Source of the DNA: Dehalococcoidia bacterium
GTDB lineage: Bacteria; Chloroflexota; Dehalococcoidia; Lucifugimonadales; VXLM01
Length of the DNA: 64,000 nucleotides
Direction of reading: 5' to 3'
NCBI GenBank assembly: GCA_965220255.1
Contig: OZ244816.1
Location: 1,010,852-1,074,851 of the forward strand
This document shows positions 24,234-32,565 of this stretch, in pieces. Each line of letters opens with the position of its first letter. The stretch's first letter is position 1. The notes under the pieces are model-generated. The model searched no databases, was not told the origin of the DNA, and saw only the letters and a list, made by a program, of their open reading frames with translations. Made by a program: the position numbers and the translations under genes.

Positions 24234-25577
24234 TTACGCCGCCTGCAGCCCTCGGTATCCGGGGTGTCCGGGTGCGCCGTACAGGGCGCAGCCGCTGCAC
24301 GAGCGGACCTGTCCGCATGGGGCGGCGGTCGCGGCCTCCGGGCGAGGGGCGGAGACCCTAGCGGGGGCCGGCTGACTTGGCCGCTCCTTGAAGAGTTCGA
24401 GCTTGAGTTGCCGGGCCGGAGTCGCGGCGCTGCCGGGGAACGACACGAAAGGCGTCGCCCGCTTGCGTACGACGCCCATGGCCTGGAGGTCTCGCCACGT
24501 GTCGATCTTGTGGCTCTCGCGCTGCTGGATGATCCGCTCCGCCGAGGTCGGTCCGATGCCCGGCACCCGCAACAGGTCGGTCTTGCTCGCGCCGTTGATG
24601 TCGAGCGGGAACCGGTCGACGTTCGACAGCGCGATGACCGTCTTCGGGTCGTCCTCCAGCGAGAGGAATCCCGCCGGATCGTAGGCGTGGCGTATCTCGT
24701 CGTCCTCGTACCGGTAGATGCGCTTGAGCCAGTCGACCTGGTAGAGGCGGTTCGTCCGCCAGATCGGCGTCGGCTCGTGGTCTTCCAACGGCGTGTAGCG
24801 GATCGGCAGGAACGGGTTGTAGTAGACCCGCTTGAAGTTCCACTGGCCGTAGAGCTGCACCATGCGCTGGTAGACGTCCCAGTCGGACTCGTCGGCTGCG
24901 CCGACGACGAGCTGCGTCACCTGCCCGACCGCGCCTCCTGGATTTCGCTGTCGCAGGAGGCCGTCCATCCAGTGCATCTGCGAGAGCATGTCGCGTTCGA
25001 GGTCCTTCATCTTGCTGAGCCGCCTCATGCCCTCGACCGTCGGCGTTTCGAGGTTCACGGACAGACGGGTTCCCAGCCGGTAGGCCTGCTCGACGTACTC
25101 GTACTCCGTGCCCGGCATGACCTTGAGGTGAATGTACCCCTTGAAGTCGTACTTGTTGCGGACGAGATCGACGACCTTGATGAGCTTCTCCGTCGTCTTG
25201 GAGCCGGAACCCGCCACGCCGGAGCTCAGGAACAGCCCCGCGACGGTGTGCCTCTTCTCCATCTCGTGGAACGTGCGCGCAAGCTCATCTACCTTGAACG
25301 AGAACCTCTTGCGGGGCACCCAGTGACTGTTCGGGCAGAAGTGGCAGTCCATCTTGCAGAAGTCGGTGAACATCACGCGGAACAGGTTGATCGTCTTGCC
25401 GTTCGGCATCGACGCCTTATAGACCCCCGGCGCGGGGTTCTTCTCCGCCCGCGAGTAGGGCGCGCGCACAGCGGCGTAGTCATTCCCCTTTCCCGGACGC
25501 GACAGGACATCGTCCGTAGCCATTCCCGCCAGCTTCTCCAGCTTCTGGTACCTATCCGGGTCGCTCTGTATCAGCAC
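24234..25577 (-). CDS. Radical SAM protein with helix-hairpin-helix (DNA modification/repair-type)
   Basis: CxxxCxxC cluster CKMDCHFC. HhH LLRVPGIGPTSAERIIQQRE near the C-terminus. Extra Cys-containing tail (CGQVRSCSGC). The layout resembles the radical-SAM family usually linked to UDG-like genes; this is from memory and unverified. Confidence 0.75.
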   Translation of the reverse strand: MLIQSDPDRYQKLEKLAGMATDDVLSRPGKGNDYAAVRAPYSRAEKNPAPGVYKASMPNGKTINLFRVMFTDFCKMDCHFCPNSHWVPRKRFSFKVDELARTFHEMEKRHTVAGLFLSSGVAGSGSKTTEKLIKVVDLVRNKYDFKGYIHLKVMPGTEYEYVEQAYRLGTRLSVNLETPTVEGMRRLSKMKDLERDMLSQMHWMDGLLRQRNPGGAVGQVTQLVVGAADESDWDVYQRMVQLYGQWNFKRVYYNPFLPIRYTPLEDHEPTPIWRTNRLYQVDWLKRIYRYEDDEIRHAYDPAGFLSLEDDPKTVIALSNVDRFPLDINGASKTDLLRVPGIGPTSAERIIQQRESHKIDTWRDLQAMGVVRKRATPFVSFPGSAATPARQLKLELFKERPSQPAPARVSAPRPEAATAAPCGQVRSCSGCALYGAPGHPGYRGLQAA

Positions 25578-25675
25578 GATGGCCCTCCCTCAATGAGAAC
25601 GTGTGTTCCTATAAGGACACATGTTCTTACATTAAGCGGGCCGTGTCAAGCCCCAAAATGCCGGGGTTAAACAAC

Positions 25676-25703
25676 GTAGGGGCGATTCGCGAATCGCCCC
25701 TAC
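25676..25703. repeat. 28-nt perfect palindrome gtaggggcgattcgcgaatcgcccctac (second copy)
   Basis: Identical to 2214-2241. Sits just downstream of the PhyH-family gene stop. Confidence 0.9.
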
Positions 25704-25731
25704 TGGAGGCCAGAGGAATTCAGGCAGTCTT

Positions 25732-26721
25732 CTAGAAGCAGAGCGGACTGGTCAGGGAGTATCGCGTGTGGTCCTCGATGCCGCCTTGGCTGGACTCGCG
25801 GGCGATGATGTCGCGCCACATGTCTCGCCAGTCCACGAAGTCGGTCATCTCGCGCTCGGGGTGCATGCGGCTGCGGGCGATCCACGCGGGACGTCCGCCC
25901 TGCCCGACGGGCTGTCCAATGGGCTGATAGCGAAGATCGTAGCTCCATCGGAGGCGGTCGCTCACGTTCACGAGTGAGCTGTGCTGCGTCAGCTTGTTGA
26001 GGATCACGAGGTCGCCGGGGTCGGCGGGCAGTGTCACCCGCTCCTCCGGGATGATCTCGTCGGGAATGCCCTTGAAGTGCGGCTTTAGCTCGGTCGGCTT
26101 GCAGTGGACGGAAAGCTCACCCGCGCGGTGACTGCCGGGAACGACCAGGAGGCATCCGCTCTCCTCATCGACGGGCACCATCGGCACCCACACCGTAAGG
26201 GCGTCGGTCTCGTCGGCATCGGTCTGGAACGCCCAGAGGTCCTGGTGCCACAGCGTCTTCGATATCATCCCGTTCGGCGAGCTCTGGACGGCCTCGGACA
26301 GGGAATGCTCCGGCGGCTTGATGCGCGTGATGTGCAGGGGGCTGACGGCGATCTCGTCGCCGATGAACTGCTCGATGGCGTCCAGCAGGCGCGGACTCCG
26401 CAGCAGGTTGAACATCTGCGGGTGCAGGTACATGGGACGGTCTGCCGACTCATAGGAGTGGGAGACGTAGACGCTCAGGTGGTCGAAGAACTCGTCGCCC
26501 GTGTCTGCCACGAACGCCGACAGCCGGTCGAGCGTGTTCCCGGCCGCATACTTGTGCCGCAGCTTGCCCTCGGCGTACAGCTTCTCGATCAGGCCGTCGA
26601 GCACCACGCCGTACTCGTCGATGAGCGGCTCAATGTCCTGCTCCACGTCCAGCACGCCACGAAGGACGGTGTACCCCTCTTCTCGAAGCTGCTCAGCCGC
26701 CCGCGTTTCCGTAAGAAGCAT
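25732..26721 (-). CDS. Phytanoyl-CoA dioxygenase (PhyH) family Fe(II)/2OG oxygenase
   Basis: 329 aa. LWHQDLWAF and later VVPGSHR motifs are consistent with the PhyH-family HxD...H facial triad. Confidence 0.75.
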   Translation of the reverse strand: MLLTETRAAEQLREEGYTVLRGVLDVEQDIEPLIDEYGVVLDGLIEKLYAEGKLRHKYAAGNTLDRLSAFVADTGDEFFDHLSVYVSHSYESADRPMYLHPQMFNLLRSPRLLDAIEQFIGDEIAVSPLHITRIKPPEHSLSEAVQSSPNGMISKTLWHQDLWAFQTDADETDALTVWVPMVPVDEESGCLLVVPGSHRAGELSVHCKPTELKPHFKGIPDEIIPEERVTLPADPGDLVILNKLTQHSSLVNVSDRLRWSYDLRYQPIGQPVGQGGRPAWIARSRMHPEREMTDFVDWRDMWRDIIARESSQGGIEDHTRYSLTSPLCF

Positions 26722-26729
26722 GTGTCACT

Positions 26730-26802
26730 CGTACCTCGTTCGAGTTATGCAAAGAGTGTATGTGCGCGGTCACGTACAGTCAAGGAGCGTGGGGCTCATA
26801 CG
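26730..26802. repeat. ~75-nt low-copy repeat (copy A)
   Basis: cgtacctcg.tcg.gttatgcaaa.agtgta.gtgcg..cacgt.cagtca.gg.gcgtggggctcatacg is about 85% identical to 29306-29376. Similarity extends left to 26712 / 29288. Confidence 0.75.
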
Positions 26803-26915
26803 TGGGGCGATCGTACTTGGAATTTGGGCTGCCCGTCTCAGTCGTGACTGCGGCGAGTAGCTCGCCCTGTACCCCGATACTGAGCCGGAGGCTAGAGGGC
26901 AGGGGGAGTGCAAAG

Positions 26916-27041
26916 CCAGGGCAATCGCATTTCACACAGGGCCGGGCGTTGAGGGGCCTCCCAACCCACCCGTCTGGACTCCGGCCTTCGCCGGAGTGAC
27001 GATTGCTGGTGTTCCTATCAACTCTAAATGCGATTGCCCTG
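26916..27041. mobile_element. 126-bp MITE with perfect 16-bp terminal inverted repeats
   Basis: TIRs are cagggcaatcgcattt (26916-26931) and aaatgcgattgccctg (27026-27041). Flanked by the 10-bp direct repeat agtgcaaagc (26906-26915 and 27042-27051). Confidence 0.8.
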
Positions 27042-27270
27042 AGTGCAAAGCGCACAATACTTAACCTGATGCTCAGTTATATAGTAGGCTGGAAATGAGT
27101 AGACCGCTGAAAAAACGACCGCAATTGGCGCGGCGTTATGTTGGCGGTGACCACCGTCGTTGCGGGAGTCCTATGAGTACAAGCCACGGACCACAAACCT
27201 ACGGCGATAGAGTCCGATCCCTGCCAGTCCCATCTCGTACAGGCTTTTAACCTTGAGGAGGCAACAATAG

Positions 27271-28257
27271 ATGGAGAACGCCATTTACACCCCGGAAAGC
27301 TACACGGACCGAATACGCCAGGAGCTCGGAAACTGCCTCATCGAGACGAATATTTCTCAAGGTGAGAAGTTCACAGGCAAAGTGCGGGACCGATTCGATC
27401 TTGGAGATCGCATGGCACTCATCACCACCGACCGGCAGAGTGCCTTCGACCGGGTGCTGGCCGCCGTCCCCTTCAAAGGGCAGGCTCTCAACTTAACGAG
27501 CGCATGGTGGTTTGAACAGACCCGCCACATTGTGCCGAACCAGGTCCTATCCATCCCCGATCCAAACGTCACGATTGCCGAAAAGTGTACCGTCTTCCCG
27601 ATTGAGTTCGTGGTGCGTGGATACATCACCGGAACCACGAGCACCTCCCTCTGGACGGTCTACGACAGTGGCCAACGTCAATACTGTGGCATCGATTTGC
27701 CCGACGGCCTGGTTAAAAACCAGAAGCTCTCGACGAATCTCCTCACACCGACCACCAAGGGGGATTATGACCGTCCGATCAGCCCTGACGAGATCGTGTC
27801 CGAGAACTGGATGACGGCCGATGATTGGGAACAATGCAGCCGCATCGCGCAGGAACTCTTCGCTTTCGGTCAATCCAAGGCGGCAGAGCATGGCCTGATT
27901 CTCGTCGATACCAAATATGAGATGGGCCGTGATGAGAACGGTGAGATCCTTCTGATCGACGAGATCCACACTCCTGATTCCAGTCGCTACTGGATCGCCG
28001 ACACTTATGAACAGCGCATGAGGGATGGACAGGAACCCGACAACGTCGACAAAGAATTCCTCCGGCTCTGGTTCACGGAAAACTGCAATCCCTACGAGGA
28101 TGACGTCCTGCCACCGGCGCCGGATGACCTTGTAGTCGAGCTCTCGAGACGCTACATCTACCTTTACGAGACGATCACCGGTCGCTCTTTCGAGTTTCCG
28201 GAGGCGGACCAACCGATCGAGACGCGTTTGAAAAGCAACCTTGAAGGAATCACATGA
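27271..28257 (+). CDS. purC: Phosphoribosylaminoimidazole-succinocarboxamide (SAICAR) synthase
   Basis: GKVRDRFDL..MALITTDRQSAFD..NQVLS..FVVRGYITG.. are hallmark SAICAR synthase motifs (long form, 328 aa). GAGGAGG SD. Confidence 0.9.
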   Translation: MENAIYTPESYTDRIRQELGNCLIETNISQGEKFTGKVRDRFDLGDRMALITTDRQSAFDRVLAAVPFKGQALNLTSAWWFEQTRHIVPNQVLSIPDPNVTIAEKCTVFPIEFVVRGYITGTTSTSLWTVYDSGQRQYCGIDLPDGLVKNQKLSTNLLTPTTKGDYDRPISPDEIVSENWMTADDWEQCSRIAQELFAFGQSKAAEHGLILVDTKYEMGRDENGEILLIDEIHTPDSSRYWIADTYEQRMRDGQEPDNVDKEFLRLWFTENCNPYEDDVLPPAPDDLVVELSRRYIYLYETITGRSFEFPEADQPIETRLKSNLEGIT

Positions 28258-28618
28258 AGGCATACCGAGGGCAATAGACCCCAGGTGATTCTGTTCCCAC
28301 TTCAATTGACGGAAAGCCCTATCCAATAAGCATGAAGTGTAGGCTGACCAGGCGTAAGCGTTCAGAATCGGTGCGAACCCCTCTCTGAGCACAGCACTGT
28401 CATACCCGCGAAAGCGGGTATCCACAGAGGGGTGGCGGGCGTTCATCTCATCAACTCTCAACAGTCACGACCTGGTGCTAAACTTGACCGAGCCAGCGAA
28501 GGACTTTTAAAGTTCTCGCTTATCATCGCAAACACGGTCAACCCTTCTCCGACGAGTTCGTCGCAGGGGCTCGTCAACTTAGCTTGAGCGTTGAGCCAAG
28601 ATTGAATCGAGCGCAAAA

Positions 28619-29266
28619 GTGAAGAAATACATTCTCTTTGACCATGATGGGGTTTTGGTCGATACCGAATTCTGGTACTACAAAGCCGGAGAGCGCGCCC
28701 TGGCTGACATTGGATTTGCCATGGATAGAGATCAATACCTCCGAGACATGATCCAGGGAATGGCCACCTGGGCCCAAGCCAAAGCGGCCGGTATTGATGA
28801 ACAGACCATCAGCAGGCAGCGTGAGGTCCGTAATGTCTATTACCAGGAATACCTGATGACCGAAGACATCGAGATTGACGGCGTCTTGGAAACGCTGGAT
28901 GTGCTCGCAGGTGAGTACAGGATGGGTATCGTTACTACATCCAAACCGGCTGACTTCGCCCTGATACACGAAAAGCGATCCATCCTGGACTATATGGAAT
29001 TCTATTTGGCTAGGGATGACTACAAGCGAGCTAAACCACATCCTGAACCCTATCTGAAAGGACTCCAACGCTTTGGCGCCACTGCCGCTGAAACGGTCGT
29101 TGTTGAAGACTCGGCGAGAGGGCTGAAGTCGGCAATAGCGGCGGGTATTGACTGCATCGTGGTTGCAAACGAGTTCACTGCATCTCAAGATTTGTCCAAG
29201 GCAACTGCAAAGGTCGCTACGTTTAGGGAGTTGCCTTCTGCTATAAGGGGCCTAACAGGCTCATAG
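28619..29266 (+). CDS. HAD-superfamily hydrolase (phosphatase-type)
   Basis: Motif I ILFDHDGVLVDTE, motif III/IV ..KPHPEPYL.. and VVVEDSARGLKSAIAAG. GTG start. Confidence 0.8.
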   Translation: MKKYILFDHDGVLVDTEFWYYKAGERALADIGFAMDRDQYLRDMIQGMATWAQAKAAGIDEQTISRQREVRNVYYQEYLMTEDIEIDGVLETLDVLAGEYRMGIVTTSKPADFALIHEKRSILDYMEFYLARDDYKRAKPHPEPYLKGLQRFGATAAETVVVEDSARGLKSAIAAGIDCIVVANEFTASQDLSKATAKVATFRELPSAIRGLTGS

Positions 29267-29305
29267 TCAGGACCGCGCGCGTTTCCATAAGGAGCGTGTG
29301 GCAGC

Positions 29306-29376
29306 CGTACCTCGCTCGGGTTATGCAAAAAGTGTAAGTGCGATCACGTTCAGTCAGGGGGCGTGGGGCTCATACG
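29306..29376. repeat. ~75-nt low-copy repeat (copy B)
   Basis: See 26730-26802. Confidence 0.75.
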
Positions 29377-29521
29377 GTGATCAAGTGTGGAACCGAAGGG
29401 ATGAAGGGAAGGCGGTCGTGCAGGAAGTAGCAATGGATCAACGGAAAGGGTTGGACCGACGTACTACGGCGCGAAGCATGGTCAGGATGGCCTGTACGTC
29501 GTTGCAAATAACTCGCCCATT

Positions 29522-29582
29522 CCGTTCGGCCTGAGCTTGTCGAAGACCATCTTCGCGGTTCGACAGGCTCACCACGAACGGG
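29522..29582. repeat. REP-like hairpin (ggttcgacaggctcaccacgaacgg family)
   Basis: Shares motifs with 12811-12872 and 20922-21006. Confidence 0.7.
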
Positions 29583-29678
29583 TCCTGCAAAGGCCCGCTC
29601 GCGAGGCTCCCGTGTTGAACCCCGTCGAGCATCCTGATAGAACTACGTAGCACCATCTCATCGACATAGAGGCGTACA

Positions 29679-30365
29679 TTGACAGAGACGCACTTCACCC
29701 CCGAACTCTTCGAGTTCCTTCTCGAGCTGCGGACGAACAACAATCGTGAGTGGTTCCAAGCCAACAAGGGCCGTTACGAGCTGCACGTCAAAGAACCGCT
29801 GCTCCGGTTCATCGAGGACTTCGAGCCGAGCCTGCACTCCGTCAGCACGCGATTCATCGCGGACGCGCGGGCCAACGGCGGCTCGATGTTCCGCATCTAC
29901 CGGGACGTGCGGTTCTCGAAGGACAAGAGTCCCTACAAGACGCAGGCGGCGGTGCAATTCCGTCACGAGGCCGGGAAGTCGGCCCACGCGCCCGGATTCT
30001 ACCTGCACCTTGCTCCCGGCGAGGTCTTCGCCGGCGTCGGCATCTGGCGCCCCGACTCCCCGTCTCTCGGCAAGATACGAAACGCCATCGCGTCGAATCC
30101 CGGCAAGTGGGAGCGCGCCGCGAAGAACCCCGACTTCCTGAGCGAATACTCGATAGGCGGCGAGTCGCTCAAGCGCCCTCCCAAGGGCTTCGACCCGGAC
30201 CACCAGTACATCGACGACCTCAAGCGCAAGGACCATATCGCGTCCGTGGAGTTCGACGAGGGCGACGCCGTCTCTCCGGGCTTCCTCAATGACTTCGCAG
30301 ACGTGTGCCGCCAGGCCTCGCCCTACATGGAGTTCCTCACAACCTCGCTCGGCCTGCCGTACTAG
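29679..30365 (+). CDS. DUF2461/TIGR02453-family protein
   Basis: FEFLLELRTNNNREWFQANKGRYELHVKEPL and RIYRDVRFSKDKSPYKT are typical of this family. TTG start. Confidence 0.75.
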   Translation: MTETHFTPELFEFLLELRTNNNREWFQANKGRYELHVKEPLLRFIEDFEPSLHSVSTRFIADARANGGSMFRIYRDVRFSKDKSPYKTQAAVQFRHEAGKSAHAPGFYLHLAPGEVFAGVGIWRPDSPSLGKIRNAIASNPGKWERAAKNPDFLSEYSIGGESLKRPPKGFDPDHQYIDDLKRKDHIASVEFDEGDAVSPGFLNDFADVCRQASPYMEFLTTSLGLPY

Positions 30366-30392
30366 ATCCCAACTGTCATTCCGGCGGAAGAT

Positions 30393-30428
30393 CCCCTCTC
30401 CCGTTGTGGGAGAGGCTGGGGTGAGGGT
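30393..30428. repeat. REP hairpin cccctctcccgttgtgggagaggctggggtgagggt
   Basis: Member of the 14531 family. Preceded by ctgtcattccggcggaag. Confidence 0.8.
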
Positions 30429-30511
30429 CTACGAGGCTGTCAGGCGAGAACACGGTCGCACCACACCGAATTGGTATAGCATCTAAGCAAGAAACCCAGA
30501 GGTATACCCAA

Positions 30512-31282
30512 ATGAACATCACCGACTACGGAAATTCCTACGTCACGTGGACGGGCTTCGTCGTCAAAGACGACACTCGCGTGCCGGGCCACATGCCGTG
30601 GCCGAACACCGTCCGCATCCTCCTCGACTCGCGGTGCTGGATCACCGACGATTCGGGCGATGAACGCGAGTACAACATGCTCTCGCCGTGCCGCACGGAG
30701 TGGATGTACCGCTCCGACGTGCTCTGGCAGGAGCCCAACTACGAGTTCGCGGGAATCTACTCCGATGCCGAGTGGATGGCCGGACACATCAGGGCAGGCG
30801 ACGTCAACGAGTTCGGAGGTGACTGGCGAGTGGCCCAGCCCATCGAGGGACGGTTCAAGGAGCTCAAGACCGTCGTCCGCCACTACCCGAAGGTCCAAAA
30901 GCTGGACAACGACCGGCAGGTCGTGGAGGCCACACAGGACTACCTGCCGATCATAGCCCGCACGGAGGTCTGGAGCGACGACGGCAAGACGCGAGCCACC
31001 GTCGAGTACCCGGTCAAGACGATGAACGTCCAGATCGAACGCGGGAGGATGCAGGTCGACACCGGCCCCCTCATCTACCCCGACTTCCAGAGCGCAGAGG
31101 AGTCCGAGATACGCAAGCTCCAGTTCGCGTACGTCTGCTACAACACCGACGACGTTGCGGAGTTCGTCCTTCGCGCCCCGACGCCGGTGACCAGCGGCGA
31201 CAGCGAGGTGGGCACCTACATCGACTACTCCGACATACGCCGCGTCCCTATGCAAAACACCTTCTACGCGGCGATGATCTGA
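30512..31282 (+). CDS. Hypothetical protein (256 aa)
   Basis: Clean ORF with normal composition. No motif recognised. Confidence 0.55.
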   Translation: MNITDYGNSYVTWTGFVVKDDTRVPGHMPWPNTVRILLDSRCWITDDSGDEREYNMLSPCRTEWMYRSDVLWQEPNYEFAGIYSDAEWMAGHIRAGDVNEFGGDWRVAQPIEGRFKELKTVVRHYPKVQKLDNDRQVVEATQDYLPIIARTEVWSDDGKTRATVEYPVKTMNVQIERGRMQVDTGPLIYPDFQSAEESEIRKLQFAYVCYNTDDVAEFVLRAPTPVTSGDSEVGTYIDYSDIRRVPMQNTFYAAMI

Positions 31283-31292
31283 AGGGAAAGAC

Positions 31293-31838
31293 ATGTCGTC
31301 GAAATTGAACATGCTCATCAAGGTACTGCTGGCGCTTCTGCTATTGTTCGGAAATGTCCTGTTAGCCATTGCGATTATCAATGTTTCCTCCGTGTTTGAC
31401 ACAGTAAACAGGCTGGGAGAGACCGCCAGCACCTTAGAAAAGACCGCCGAAGGGGCAGGGAAGGATGTTAGCCGCGCAGTGGATGAGTTGGATCAAGTGC
31501 AGGCGGATATAAGTAGGATGGCGGAGAGTTTCGATCGTAACGCGAACGCTATGAGCGAGTCAGTTTCACTGGCTGCAACCGCCCTTGAAGAGGCAGGGCA
31601 AAATATCAGCCGCACAGTAGATGAGCTGGATCAAGTGCAGACAGACATAGGCAAGGTGGCTGAAAGTTCCGACATTATCGCTAACACAATGAGTGACTCG
31701 GTATCGCGTGCCGCAGATGCCCTCGAACAGGCCAGGCAGGATGTTGATCGCGCAGTCGATACCTTGGATCTGACGCAGGCTGACATTCGTAACTTGGCGG
31801 AGAACCTCCGCTTGATCGCGAACGCAACGCCCCCCTAG
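31293..31838 (+). CDS. Membrane-anchored protein with ~46-aa tandem helical repeats
   Basis: N-terminal TM (VLLALLLLFGNVLLAIAIINV). Then repeats G[KQ][DN][VI]SR[AT]VDELDQVQ[AT]DI..[MV]AES......[AT]MS[ED]SVS.AA.ALE[EQ]A, 2.7 copies. Low GC. Confidence 0.6.
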   Translation: MSSKLNMLIKVLLALLLLFGNVLLAIAIINVSSVFDTVNRLGETASTLEKTAEGAGKDVSRAVDELDQVQADISRMAESFDRNANAMSESVSLAATALEEAGQNISRTVDELDQVQTDIGKVAESSDIIANTMSDSVSRAADALEQARQDVDRAVDTLDLTQADIRNLAENLRLIANATPP

Positions 31839-31893
31839 GCGACTGGACAATTTTGACTTGCAATCTTGCCTAGAGATTCCGCCGGAAACCACC

Positions 31894-32562
31894 ATGGGAC
31901 ACTTCCCAATATTGAACCAAAATAAGAACCCCATCATCTCCGGCCTCTACGTCATCGTGGGCCCCGACGCAACGAGAGATCGTCCCGTCGTGGAGGTCGC
32001 ACAGGCGGCCTTGCGCGGCGGCGCGCGTCTCCTGCAACTCCGCTACAAGACGGGCGACCGTGGCGACGTGCTGCCAGTGGCCATCAGGTTGCGAGAGCTG
32101 TGCCACGACCACGGGGCGCTGTTCTTCGTGAACGACGACATCGCGCTCGGATTCGCCTGTGACGCGGATGGTGTACACCTGGGGCAGTCCGACCTTCCCG
32201 TGGACGTTGCGAGGCGGATCCTCGCGCCGGGCAAGCTGATCGGCCGCTCGAACAACACGGACGCGGAGGTCGAGGAGTCGGTGTCGATGGGTGTAGACTA
32301 CGTTGCGGTCGGCGCGGTGTTCCCGACGACGACCGTGGGAAAGGGTGCGCGTCAGGCCATCGGGCTCGACGGCATCAGTCGCGCCCGCGACCTCATGGAC
32401 CTGCCGCTCGTGGCGATAGGCGGCATCAACGAGAGCAACGTCGGGGCTGTCATACGGGCCGGGGCCGACTGCGTGTCAGTTATCAGCGCCGTCACGATGG
32501 CTGACGACCCCGAAGCCGCCGCCCGACGATTGGTCGAGGCCATAGAAACCGCAAGGAGTTGA
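31894..32562 (+). CDS. thiE: Thiamine-phosphate synthase
   Basis: LYVIVGPD, LLQLRYK, DGVHLGQSDLP, AVGAVFPTTTVGKG, VAIGGI motifs. ATG 31894 preferred over TTG 31858. Confidence 0.85.
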   Translation: MGHFPILNQNKNPIISGLYVIVGPDATRDRPVVEVAQAALRGGARLLQLRYKTGDRGDVLPVAIRLRELCHDHGALFFVNDDIALGFACDADGVHLGQSDLPVDVARRILAPGKLIGRSNNTDAEVEESVSMGVDYVAVGAVFPTTTVGKGARQAIGLDGISRARDLMDLPLVAIGGINESNVGAVIRAGADCVSVISAVTMADDPEAAARRLVEAIETARS

Positions 32563-32565
32563 CCC

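Noticed and set aside
27060-27270. Possible ZTP or purine riboswitch in the ~210-nt region upstream of purC. Also a possible TPP riboswitch upstream of thiE (31839-31893).
   Set aside because: I found only weak fragments (..attggcg.., ..ccacgg..) and no CCGCCTGGG-type pseudoknot partner for ZTP. No CTGAGA/ACCTGATCTGGATAATGCCAGCG-like TPP core is present, and the thiE leader is too short. An Infernal/Rfam scan would settle it.
27547-28461. 304-aa minus-strand ORF antisense to purC. Also 28574-29188(-), antisense to the HAD gene.
   Set aside because: purC and the HAD gene carry unambiguous family motifs on the plus strand. The antisense translations have no recognisable features.
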